From NCBI GenBank assembly GCA_051453625.1, contig JBOZIK010000001.1, positions 24,443,599 through 24,492,709 of the forward strand: a DNA stretch of 49,111 bases, written 5' to 3'. The position numbers and the translations under genes are program-made. Below are positions 13,601 to 24,899 of the stretch, piece by piece. The notes under the pieces are model-generated. The model had not been told where the DNA came from, searched no databases, and saw only the letters and a list, made by a program, of their open reading frames with translations. The DNA is from Welwitschia mirabilis. Its lineage: Eukaryota. Positions within the stretch are counted from its first letter, which is position 1. Each line of letters starts with the position of its first letter.

Positions 13601-16040
13601 TGCTGCTCTCAACCATCACTGTTAAGCACGCCTTGCTTGCGCCACTCTCAGTCACCGCTGCTAAGCACGCCCCCCCTGTGCCACTCTTAGCCACTACTAC
13701 CAAGGACGCCCTGCCTGTGTCGCTCTCAGCCACCACTGTCAAGGACATCCCACCTGTGTCATTTGCAGCCGCTGCTAAGGCCGCCCTGTCTACGCTCTTC
13801 AACACCGTTCTGCCTGTGCTCTCCGCCCTCGATGCAAACATAGCCCTAAGTGCGTCCGTTATAAACACCAAACAACCCCCTTCAGCTCCCAATGCTTCAA
13901 CCGATGTAACTGCCTGCATAACCCATACAATGACCACCTCATACCTCATCATCACCTACAACCAAGTTATGCCTCAATTACCTGCCCAAACTCCAATCAA
14001 CGCTGTGGACACATCACTAACAGAATCACTACCAATGGATAACACCAACGTTGTACATCCCCAACTCATACGTAATCCTCTCTTAGCTGCCAATGTGGAT
14101 GTTATGTCATCCAGTCCACATGGCAGATATTATTCTCCAACAAATTCACATTGTTATAAAGGGTCCTATAACAAGGACCCCTCTTATTTCTTAATTGATT
14201 CTCCCTGCATGTTAGTGTACCCCTCACAATAACAATATTGTTCCAAAGGGGGGTTATTTGCAAATTCTTTGACATTATGTCAATATTCCATGGGCAGCGC
14301 CCATACCCAATCCCCTATTACTCCACCCCACATTTCAGATATCTCAGTTGCATACATCTCGTAGTCCTTACCTCCTCCTCGGATGGCTTTCTCTAACATT
14401 CCCTACTCCTTATCTCTTGACTCCCTTTACATTGACCCTTCCTTCATTGAAGATTTCAATGACCTCTTCCACCATAATTATATGGATTATTTGTCCTTGA
14501 CTACAACAGTGATCACCTAAAGCTTTCCACTGTTAATCAAGCATTAACCCTTTCACAATGGCAAAATGCAATGAATCATGAAATAACACAAATAACGAAA
14601 AATAAAACATGGGCTTTAGTCCCACGACCCATGCATAAACCAATAATTAGCCTTAAATGGATATTTCACATTAAGCAAGATCAATCTAGATTCATTGAAA
14701 AATTCAAAGCTTGCCTTGTCGCCAAAGGATACAGTTAATGTTAAGATCATGACTTTGAAGAGAGCTTTACTCTAGTATCACGAATTGAATCAGTTAAAAA
14801 TTTTTTAGCTATTGCTATCAAGCTAAAAACAAGGATTCTTCAGCTCGATGTAGCTTTAACATTTTTAAATGGTCACTTGGAAGAAGAAGTATAAGTCGAA
14901 TAACCTCAAGGATTTATAGATAAGACTTATCCAGATCATGTTTATCGCTTACATAAAGCATTATATGGACTTAAGCATGCACCAAGATCTTAGTTTAAAA
15001 GAATCCATGAATTCTTTATAAACTTAGATTTTCGGCATCTATCTTCTAAATCAAACATTTATGAGAAAATAGTAAATGAGGATTATACATTTGTTTGTCT
15101 ATATATAGATGACCTGATATATTTTTCATCATCAACTTTGATGAACAAAATATTTCAACAAATTATGGAAAAGAAGTTTGAAATGACTGATTTATGTGAG
15201 ATATCTTATTTCCTTGGGATTAAAATAAAAGAAGATCCTTTCTCAGTATATTTATACCAATAAAGATTTACACAAAATCTGCTTCAAAAATTTAAAATAC
15301 AAATTGTAAACTTGCATTCACTCCACTTCCAACTAATATCAAACTCATAAAAGATGATGAGTCACCTTCTATTGAAGCTACTTTATATCACTCACTCATT
15401 GGTAGTTTATTATACCTAACTACTACAAGACCTGATATTCAATTCAGTATCAATTACCTTTTTAGATTTATATAAGATCCTAAAGTTTCACATTGGAAAG
15501 CTGCTAAGCATCATCTTATATACTTGAAGAACACAAGCTCATTTGGTCTCAGATATCACAAGAATAAAGACAACATAGTTCTTCATGGTTACTCAGATGC
15601 TGATTGGGAAGGTTGTCTTGATGATCGCATATCGACTATGGGTTATTGCTTCTTTCTTGAACATTCGCTGGTCTCTGAGTCTTCCTAAAAACAAAACAAA
15701 GTAGTTGTTTTATCTACAGAGGCAAAGTATGTTGCTCTTTCTGAAGCTATAAAACTGGCTATATGGATACACTCACTTCTTTCAGAAATGGGATTCTCTG
15801 ATAAAAGACTGATACAAATGTTCTGTGATAACACTGCAGCCATTGCTATCATAAAAAATCTAGTATTTTATGCACGAACAAAATAGATGGATATCAAGCA
15901 TCATTTTATCAAAGATTTGATTGATAAGGATTTTATTAGGATTAATCATATAAAATCCAATTTTAAGATAGTAGATATTTTTACAAAACCACTTGCTCAG
16001 GAAGATTTTGTTGGATTTAGAAATCTTCTAGGTATTGAAG
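10657..16040 (+). pseudogene. Copia gag-pol polyprotein (gag, PR, IN, RT, RNase H), many stops
   Basis: GENYDY gag start, YVDSGCNHYIT protease (~11670), VHMDLFGP...IVDDYSR integrase (12102-12383), KALYGLKHAP and YIDDLI RT (~14960-15120), GYSDADWEG and DIFTKPL RNase H. Confidence 0.95.
13551..13790 (+). repeat. ~6 degenerate 36-39-bp tandem repeats in the copia IN-RT linker
   Basis: Units like GCACGCCTCGCCTGTGCTGCTCTCAACCATCACTGTTAA translate as 13-aa repeats HASPVLLSTITVK / HALLAPLSVTAAK / HAPPVPLLATTTK / DALPVSLSATTVK. Confidence 0.85.
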
Positions 16041-17591
16041 GAGTTGACACCAAAGGAGGGAATGTTAGGATGTGATGTCAACATTCCAACTTATCTTCCC
16101 TTGATCTTCTCAACTTCCCTTTATTTTCTCTAATNNNNNNNNNNNNNNNNNNNNNNNNNNNNNNNNNNNNNNNNNNNNNNNNNNNNNNNNNNNNNNNNNN
16201 NNNNNNNNNNNNNNNNNNNNNNNNNNNNNNNNNNGGATGTGATGTCAACATTCCAACTTATCTTCCCTTGATCTTCTCAACTTCCCTTTATTTTCTCTAA
16301 TCTTCCATGATTTTCTCTACCTTCTATTTTCTCTATTCATGAAATTGTATTTATTGAGGCTTAACCTCAAAAATTAACAGAACATGTTCATTCAGTTTTA
16401 TTTCTGAATTTGCGAGTTCATTCTTTCAATTTTAAACAAATGTAATTTCTAATTCTAAAGCTCAAAAGTGGATCATAGAATTATGATTACAACTTGGCAA
16501 ATAATGAACTTCTTTTTTTTGTTTTATCTTTGAACATTCATAGAATCATAACATTACTATTAGAAATAAGTGTAAATAACCTAGAGGACTATCTAATTAC
16601 TAAGTAGAATCCTTTGTAAATGAAGATCTCTAATACTCAGTTTGATGCAAGTAAAGGTTTTGGTATTAGAGAAATTGTACCAATGATTTCTTCTACTACT
16701 TTGAAATCCATCTCTTAGCATTTCCTTGGTGTAATGATCTCTTGTCCGTGTCTTTGATCTATTTCTCTGATCTTGTCGATCTCCCTTTGCTATCATTTAT
16801 AAGCATTACTCTGGCTGTGAGCGCTATTTTTAATGCATTTTTTATCTTATTGCATTCTTATGTTCTGTCTCTTCTCTTCTAATCTGCGATGCGCGTTCTC
16901 CTTTTCTCGTGTCTGCTTGTCATTTTTTCCTCACTGTCATCCTTTGTTCTGGCTTTTCCTTAATGTGATTCCTTGGCGTTTCTTCTGATTCTTCTCCCTT
17001 TTGACATCGTTTGTTATGCTTTATTGATCCATTGCAATTAACCTGATGCGCCTCCCTTTTGATCATTCTATTCCTCTTGACATTCTCTCTTCTCTGTAAA
17101 TGATGCCTCCATTGTATTTTTTGTTTTGATGGCATCCCCTTCTGTCCCCTTGCCTTTTTAATTGATCTCCCTTGTTGTGTTTCTTTTCTAATCGCATATT
17201 CTTCTTTTCCACTTCATTTGCTGATTGGTTCACGTAGTCATGGTGACCTATGATACTTTGCATAGATTTTTCTACCTTGACTCAATGGTAACACTTGGCA
17301 TGGTGACAATAAGTGAGAGCACAGTGTGTAAGAGATCAAGCAAAATTAGTATCCAGCATTTGTGCAAGGCAGTGATAGTTGCTAAGATATCCTACTACAT
17401 ATGAAGGCAGATTAACTTTATGTGGGATAATGCTACATGTAAGAATAGCAGTTTTGGAGGTGCATTTGAAGACAGCAGAATAAGAAAGTTGATAACATTA
17501 ATAAATGACATAGGAAGGCCCAGAGAGCCAAGGGGTTTACTATTGTGATGTAAGGGAGGCTAAGAAGTTGTTAAGCCACATTACACCACCT

Positions 17592-17889
17592 TGGACAAAG
17601 AATGGAGAGCTTTCAACTGGAGTTGTCCACATGCAAATTCTATCTATGGGTTCGATTATATTAGATATGAAGATTGAAGATGATCCAAGACTACAAACTA
17701 TTTCATATGCTCTAAAACCGATAGAATATGCAATGACATCTTTGAAGTAGTTCTTCTTTTTATTAAGTAATCCCTTTGTGATTCTCATAGCTTTTAAGAG
17801 GCTATTCATCTTACCCACTAGAACCAATAGATGTAAAAGGTTTACATGATTTTCCTAAGGTGCCTGACTATTCTTATTAAACATTTCCT
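17592..17889 (-). pseudogene. Captured fragment of wax ester synthase/DGAT (WSD1-like) C-terminal domain, copy A
   Basis: MRITKGLLNKKKNYFKDVIAYSIG...SSIFISNIIEPIDRI...TPVESSPFFVQG resembles WSD1 'AKxxIDRKKNSLE..Y...TTxxxSNxIGPxEEI..HPI'; paralog of 27640-27937. Confidence 0.6.
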
Positions 17890-17892
17890 TGG

Positions 17893-18140
17893 TCCCCAAA
17901 ATGGGCTTTCTAGACTCTCCAACGCTCTTCACTTTTTTGCCGTCTATGATGGTCATGGTGGTTCTCAGGCTCTGCTTTAGTGTAAGGATCATTTCCATGA
18001 ATTGTTTGCAAAAGAAATAAGAAATGAACATTCGTTTTCTAGAGAAATAACTGATTGGAATAGAGTGATGTCTGCCTGTTTCAAGTAGATGGATATGGCA
18101 GTAGAAGGAATATGTCTCAATGACATTTGTAGTGTTGTTA
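17893..18140 (+). pseudogene. Captured fragment of clade-A protein phosphatase 2C (ABI1/HAB-like), copy A
   Basis: LHFFAVYDGHGGSQALL*CKDHFHELFAKEI...WNRVMSACFK*MDMAVEG contains the PP2C DGHGG motif in clade-A context. Confidence 0.88.
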
Positions 18141-18390
18141 ATTCACAAAGCATCAATCATAGTAGCCAATATTCCTCACGCTCTCAACTCCTATTTAGGA
18201 GATCCATTCAAGCCATATAATGCCCAAAAGGATGCATGAAATGGAACGAACTTAACGTTGATGAGTAACACGGTTTGATGCACGAACCGTAAAATGAACC
18301 AATGTCAAGTGACAGAGCACATTCTGGTTTTTAACATCCACGACACAATGTCTTAAGATGCAGCTTTGAATAATAATAGGGCAGAGACCA

Positions 18391-19972
18391 TGTTAAAAAT
18401 TATTGCAACTTACTAGAGTTACCTTTGTAATTTTTTTTAGTAGGAAGTTTGTTAATAGCTATTTACGTGAGGCTTGTTCATGTGTTACTAAGTTAGTGGA
18501 GTTAGTGAAGTTAGGGGATTAGTTACTAAAAAGAAGGAGAATTGTTATTAAGTGTATTCTTTATATGCCTATACAAGGCTCTCTAGTTGCATCAAATAGT
18601 ATGACTCTCTTTGGAGCAAGACTCCCTTCAGAGTATGACTTCTTTTGGAGCATCCGTTTTATTTAAAATAAACATGACTCCCTTCAAAGCATCTATTTTG
18701 TTTTGTTTTTGTTTATTGTGAGTTGTCTTGTACAGAATGTACTTCATCTTATAAATTTATATTTAGTGTTTTTCTCTTTTGTTTTTTTAATATGGTATCA
18801 GAGCCTTTATGGACAGCTTCTTAGAGGTGTTATGGTCTTTTAGGCCATGGAAGTTTAAGGCAATAATAGATCTATGATGACCTAGATGTTTTGGGTCATA
18901 CATGCACTACACTGATGTATTCAATAAGTTTCTTCTACCTAGACCAAGAGGGTCGGGAAATCTTCATAAAATGTGTCATGATTGGGAAAATATCTTGAGT
19001 GAGAAAGAAGATGAACCCGCGAAAGGAATATTACATGCAAGTTTAAGTAGAAGACATGTTGAAGGAGAAAAGCATATTTCCAAGGAAGGATACTTTAGCA
19101 GCTTGGAGAGGTGGTAGAGAAGAAGGTCATGAAAGCATGGAGTTTGTCTTATGTCGATGACATGGAGTTGCATCATCTGTGTTTTCGAGAAAATCATGTT
19201 TCCAAGAAAGGAGACTTCGGCGACTTGGAGAGGTGGCAGAGAAGAAGGCCATAAAAGTGTGAAGTTTGTCTTGTATCGATGACATGGAGTTGCAGTATCT
19301 TTCTTTTCGAGAAAAGCATGTTTTGAAGGAAGGAGACTTCAGCAGCTTGGAGAGGTGGCAGAGAAGAAGGCCATAAAAGCACAAAGTTTACCTTATGTTG
19401 ATGACATGGAGTTACAGCATCTTTCTTTTCACTCAAGAACAAGCTCATTTTCAAGAGAGAGCATTTCACGTAGGAGCTAGAGTTGCAGTGAGATTTATTC
19501 ACAAAAGTTTAATGCTTTCAGAAATGTTCTTGGTGTTATTGATCGTAAGCTTTTGCACTAAGGGGGAGTGTTAAAAATTAGTATAACTTACTAGAGTTAT
19601 CTTTGTAATTTTTGTTAGTAGAAAGTTTGTTAGTAGCTATTTACATGAGGCTTATTTACGTGTTGCTAAGTTAGTGGAATTAGTAGAGTTAGTGGATCAG
19701 TTACTAAAAAGAAGGAGAACCATTATTGAATGTATTCCTTCATATGCTTATATGACACTCTAGTTGCATTAAATAGTATGACTCTCTTCAGAGCATGACT
19801 TCCTTTAGAGTATGACTCCTTTTGGAGCATCCATTTTATTTAAAATAAACATGACTCCCTTCAAAGCATCTATTTTGTTTTGTTTTTGTTTACTGTGAGA
19901 TATATTCTATAGAATGCACTTCAACTTCTAAATTTATATTTAGTGTTTTTCTCTTTTATTTTTTTTTTAACA
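18391..19972 (+). mobile_element. Non-autonomous miniature LTR retrotransposon (TRIM-like copia derivative), 1.58 kb
   Basis: ~400-bp LTRs 18391-18792 and 19569-19972 (TGTTAAAA...TTAA[C/T]A), PBS TGGTATCAGAGCC at 18793, PPT AAGGGGGAG 19560-19568, only an RNase H C-terminal remnant (DLFTK, FRNVLGV). Absent at the paralogous site ~29597. Confidence 0.93.
19065..19430 (+). repeat. Three tandem 122-bp repeats inside the miniature LTR element
   Basis: Units start at 19065, 19187 and 19309 (GAGAAAA.CAT...CTTGGAGAGGTGG.AGAGAAGAAGG...GATGACATGGAGTT...TTTTC). Confidence 0.92.
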
Positions 19973-20144
19973 AATTGATGTATTGATTCCCTGCTTGCTA
20001 AATGAATTAGTTGCATAATGTATAGTGATTTTTCCTTGGTCCTCCATAACTGTTGCACGTTGAGTTTGCAGAGCCTGGAGGCATCTAATGGGAATTAGAT
20101 TGCTATGAATGTAAGCGAGCCAGTAATGAACAAGTAAAAGAATT

Positions 20145-20600
20145 AATAGAGCAGTCTACTTTTGGCCATTTCAAGCTCTTGCTTGAAGTCCAAGACCACA
20201 TCTTCCAACTTTTACTTAACATCTCTCACAATTTTTCATCCTACTGAGGTGTTGAAAGAGTACCCTCTCTATGAGGATTTCCATGAGGTAGTTGATCAAG
20301 TCTTGCCCAGCAAGATCTAGCCTCAGAATGAAGTGGGACAGAGAAAATCCTTTGTAAATAGGTATTGTTTGACTTACATCATCCCAGAGTCCAGCATGAT
20401 TCATGTAGTATGATTGCTAGTGTAGAGAGATATAATAGCCTAAATAGCAACATGCCTGGCAAGAACATTGAATGCCTCAAACACGATCTATATCATCTTC
20501 TTTGTGTTGGCATTGGAATTCAAGGGAGACTCAGTCAGCAAAATCAGATGTTCTTCCAGCACAATACGAAGCTCATTGTAAACATGTGGTATTAGATTTA
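20145..20600 (-). pseudogene. Captured actin fragment (approx. residues 85-235), copy A, decayed and intronless
   Basis: Minus-strand reading gives YNELRIVLEEHLILLTESPLNSNANTKKM...[34 protein letters not shown]...LDFKQELEMAK, clearly actin. Confidence 0.93.
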
Positions 20601-23595
20601 TAGCTATCATTGGATAAGTTCTTGTCATGTGCATAAAAGTTAAAGGCTTTTCTTAAATATACTCTAACATTCAAAAAGAACTTGACAAAGGCTTCCAAAA
20701 CCAAACAAAAGTATGAGTAATAATTAATGTTCTTAGATTTAATGACATTAAGATTATTTAATATTCTGGGCTTTAGCTTTAAAAATTTGAAGTTTAAGAC
20801 CATTTGAAAATACCTTTTAGCTATATTAAGTGGAGATAAGATAAAGCTATACATTATATGATTTGGGAATAGCATGTACATGTACTCTATCAGTGGCCAT
20901 TTGTTTTAATTGAAATAAGAAAGAAAGTTGTACATTCATATTGAATTTGAATGATCACTTGATTAAAAAGTTAAAAAAAAAAATTTAGTAATAGTAATAA
21001 TAATAACATAAATATGGAAGGAAATGAGAGTAAAATGGGTAAAGAGGTTATGACAAATAGTATTTTGAAATGCCTCCCTACAGTTACTCCCTTTTTGACA
21101 TGAGGTAACTAAATAAGCCCCATGTTAAAAATAAAAGATAACTGACATGTGTCTTAACCAAAGTCTTCACATATGCAAGTTGTTTCACTATAAAGGTAAA
21201 GATCTAAGATGAGGNNNNNNNNNNNNNNNNNNNNNNNNNNNNNNNNNNNNNNNNNNNTAATCATAAGCATAGAACAGATGATGAGTGTATGATTGGATAG
21301 TGATGGAAGGTTATGAATGAGGTAATAAGTAAAATGACAAATAAAAATACATGATTAACTAAAATAGAAATAAATTGAAATGATTTTATGAGAGATAGGA
21401 GGTAATAAAATGAGAGAGAAAAGAAATGAGACTAATGATCAAGGAAAAGCACATGACAAAAGGAATCTACATACTGATAGGTGATAAATTAACTAAAGAG
21501 TGGAAATAGTTTTAAGTAAATTTAAAGTAAATGCGAGAGATGACTTTGAGATGATCAATTGTGAATACCAAGAAAAGACTAGGTGAAAATGAATAAATAG
21601 AGACATGAAGAAGATTGATTTCAATGCATCTAAATGTCAACTTATCCATTTCTATTGGTATGAATCATAAAACTATTCGATGTCATTAACAATGGTCTAA
21701 TGCTAAATAACATAGAGTTTCATATGATTAAGACAGTGATTATGAGAATATCTATGGTTATTTTATAAAGTATCAATATAATGTCAAAACTACAACTCAA
21801 CCCAATCATTGGCTGTAACAACAAGTGATACCTTATCAACTTATCATCCAATAATTAATATGTTCTAAATGCTCGCAAAGTGATAGCTTCAGAGTTATGA
21901 AAAATCAACTCAATGGAATTTTTAGAAAACACCATTCATCATGATGAGGGGAGTGCAACCACTGCCAAGAGCATAAAGATCCACAAGNNNNNNNNNNNNN
22001 NNNNNNNNNNNNNNNNNNNNNNNNNNNNNNNNNNNNNNNNNNNNNNNNNNNNNNNNNNNNNNNNNNNNNNNNNNNNNNNNNNNNNNNTAAACTTGACACT
22101 CTAATACTTAAAAAATAAAACCTCTTTATACAATTAAATCTAAATCTAAAGACTTAATATTAGTCCAATAAAATTATGTAAGATGTAATTTAATTTAATC
22201 ATTAAAAAAATTACATCTGTTATTTAAAGTATTTTATGTTGTTTATTCATCAAATGACAAGAGTGACTTAAAATGTTTAAAAATGATAGCATAGAATGTG
22301 TTTTTTATTAAAAACACCCCATTTTTACCCTAAAGGGTAAGGATTAAGATCAGATCCATGAAAATACGTTTAAGAAGTTAAGTTCAAGCCTTTTTTTATT
22401 TTTATTTTTTTAAAAGAATAGGAATTTGAAACAGTGAAGTGAAACATTGGAAAATGATAAAACGGACTATGTTTTTTACTGGAAATACCTAGGTTTTACC
22501 CTAAAGGATATGGATTAAGCTCATATTTATAAAAATATGATTTAAAATTTATATTTTAAAACCTTTAAACTTTTATAAATAAAAAGAAAATTGCTAATTC
22601 CAATAAGGAAAAGAATACATTTCTTAAGGAGGGACGACTGACTAATGCACAATAGAAAGGAAAACACTGAGATGAGAAGGCATAAAAGTGAGTAAGATAA
22701 TGTGTAAATAAGATCACATTACAAAAGTAACCACATTTGAGATTTTATAGAGAAGGTGTATAAGCAAAAATGCAATAAAAGTAACTAAGAGAAATATGAT
22801 GGTTAGGGAGAGATTTGATCATGTGGAAGGGAGGAAAAGGACACATGCTTCTTGCAAGGAAATCAATCATGCATTACTGAAAATCATTATAATACAATGG
22901 CAGTTAAATTTTAAATAATCCATTTCTTTCATTTAACAGGTGCCTTCTTGATGTAATGGTAAAAGAGCAAACGATAGGAAAAAAAAGGTGGTCATTATGA
23001 TTCTGTAATCTCCCTTTTTCTTTTACTTCTTCTTTATTTAAAAAAAAATCTAACAAAACACATTAAGGAAAACCTTGCCAAATATAATTGCTCATACTTC
23101 AGTTTCCTTATTTATTATGTGATTCTGGAGGCATCTTAAGTTTAAGTATCCTCATAAAAATTAATTAAGTCTATCAATGATTATCTAAAATATAGGACCT
23201 ACATTATTTATGCTTATTTAATAGAAGAAGTAAATTGAATTGAGAATGAATAGAAATTAATGTTATCATTTATACATTCCATAAAATATTAAATTATCTT
23301 TAAGCAGGATTCTTGATAAAAATCTAATATATGCATGCTTTATTAACTTAAAAATGAAATAGCACTATTATATAAGAACTAATATTTCTTCATCAATGAA
23401 ATATCACCACTTAAGAATTAAATACAATATTAATTTCAAATGAAAGTTTGCAAGAAAAACAATTAATAACAATCTTCTAGGAGTTATAGAAATGCTTAAG
23501 CAATTATTTTCAAAAATAAGAAAATTCCATAATAACACCAAGCTTAAAATCCTTCTGCCTCATTCATCAAGGATTTTCCCGCAAAACATGCATGG

Positions 23596-24732
23596 TGTGA
23601 GAACTGTACCTCTATAGTTCTTAGTATGATCCATAGTAAGGTTTAAGATAAGGAGGTTTTCAAGAACCAGAAAGAATCTATAAAATTATTAGATGACCAA
23701 AAACCTCAAATCAATACATCAATCGAGGTATAATATCCAGATCTTATGAAAACTTTTAATGAATAGTATGCCCTGTTAAAGGGGTGTCAATTATCCATTA
23801 TCTACTAGATCATTCCTATGGCTAATAGGAATCCTTCAGGTGGGATAACCCCTTGAAGCTACATGTATTATGCAACATCTAGATGGATAACCATCCAAAC
23901 ACTGACAACCATTCCTATGGCCAGTAGGAGCCCTTCAGGTGGCCCAGCCCCTAAAACCACATGATTTGATTACAATAAGCTTTAACCATCAAATACAATC
24001 ATATCAAGGATATGCACAAGAAAAGATTTACTTTAAGTATGTAAAATATATAAGAGTTAACTAGGACATTATAGATAAACAGATTTGCATGAATCAAAAA
24101 GAGATCAAAGAACACCATAAGACCATACACAAACATGGTGATTTCAATACAAATTACATAAGAAAGGACAAAAAAAGAAGCACAAATTAAAAAACCATAC
24201 CAATTTTTAAGAGGAACTCAAGATCTTGTGAAGGCTGTAAGTGGTCAAGGCTTTTCTAAGCTTTAAGACTCAATAGCAAAGTGTTCTCCATAAACGAAAG
24301 TAAGGGAAGAGGAGAAGAAGATTCCTATTTATAATTAAGGTTTGATGGAATATAAAGAGTCATGGGCATATACAGACAAACAATATAAGTGACGGTGGTT
24401 ATATGATGGGGATTTCCATTACCTTATCTAGCCACTAGAAAAAATAATAAATATCAATTAAGCTTACATAAATAACAAGTAATGAGATGTTAGTAGTAAT
24501 AAAAACATTTCATAACATGATAGTAGTTTCAGTAATACACATTAAGCATTTCAAATTCAAATCCACAACTTATTGATATATATATTTTTCAAATTGAGAA
24601 TTTGAATGAATAATCCAAAACACAAAGAAATAATTATGAAACTATTAGCAATAAAGAAAAACATACAAGATTTATCATAAATTATTAGCCTTAAAATATT
24701 TAAACGTAAGTCTTGAAATTTGGGATGTGACA
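23596..24732 (-). mobile_element. Probable gypsy LTR (solo or fragment) abutting the truncated Tat gag; left end uncertain
   Basis: Minus-strand start TGTCACATCCC at 24732, TATAAAT followed by a CT-rich leader (~24330), internal repeat pair at ~23812 and ~23910. No TSD found. Confidence 0.45.
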
Positions 24733-24899
24733 GACATTAAGGTTAATTGTTGCATGATCAGACTAGTCAATGGTTAAGGTGGTTAGCTTGGTTAAGGAGG
24801 ATAAGTCAGTTAAGAAGGTTGATAGACTACTACAATGCTCTTTGGATTATTCAGTTTGTTGTTGTTCTTTTTTTCTTTTCTTGTTAATTTACCTTGTGA

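Larger units (their letters stand above)
10410..16428 (+). mobile_element. Full-length, degenerate Ty1/copia LTR retrotransposon
   Basis: 199-bp LTRs TG...CA (10410-10608; 16063-16428 with gap overlap), 5-bp TSD ATTTT (10405-10409, 16429-16433), Met PBS TGGTATCGGAGCC at 10611, PPT AAAGGAGGGAA 16052-16062. Empty site ATGT-ATTTT-AAACAAA at 26881 in copy B. Confidence 0.97.
9606..17293 (-). mobile_element. Ty3/gypsy (Tat-like) LTR copy A, ~1.66 kb net, interrupted by the copia at 10410-16428
   Basis: Aligns with 26066-27506, and homology starts exactly at TGTTACGA in both copies. Inverted termini TGTTAC(9606)...GTAACA(17293). Orientation taken from the PBS next to copy B. No TSD or PPT seen. 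Confidence 0.75.
18215..20110 (+). pseudogene. Captured F-box(/kelch) gene 5' fragment, copy A, split by the 18391-19972 element
   Basis: Aligns with 29427-29760; the F-box segment DVLIPCLLNELVA*CI... resumes at ~19978 after the insertion; start ATG decayed to ATA. Confidence 0.8.

Noticed and set aside
16063-16300. Apparent third or tandem LTR of the copia
   Set aside because: The sequence before and after the 100-N gap is identical, so it is an assembly overlap of one 3' LTR.
19065-19430. Regularly spaced repeats as a CRISPR-like array
   Set aside because: Whole 122-bp units repeat with no unique spacers, there are no cas genes, and the context is a eukaryotic LTR element.
22295-22545. 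Imperfect repeat pair ~172 bp apart (TTTTACCCTAAAGG.TA.GGATTAAG)
   Set aside because: Only two degenerate copies with no telomeric array or other context; too weak to interpret.
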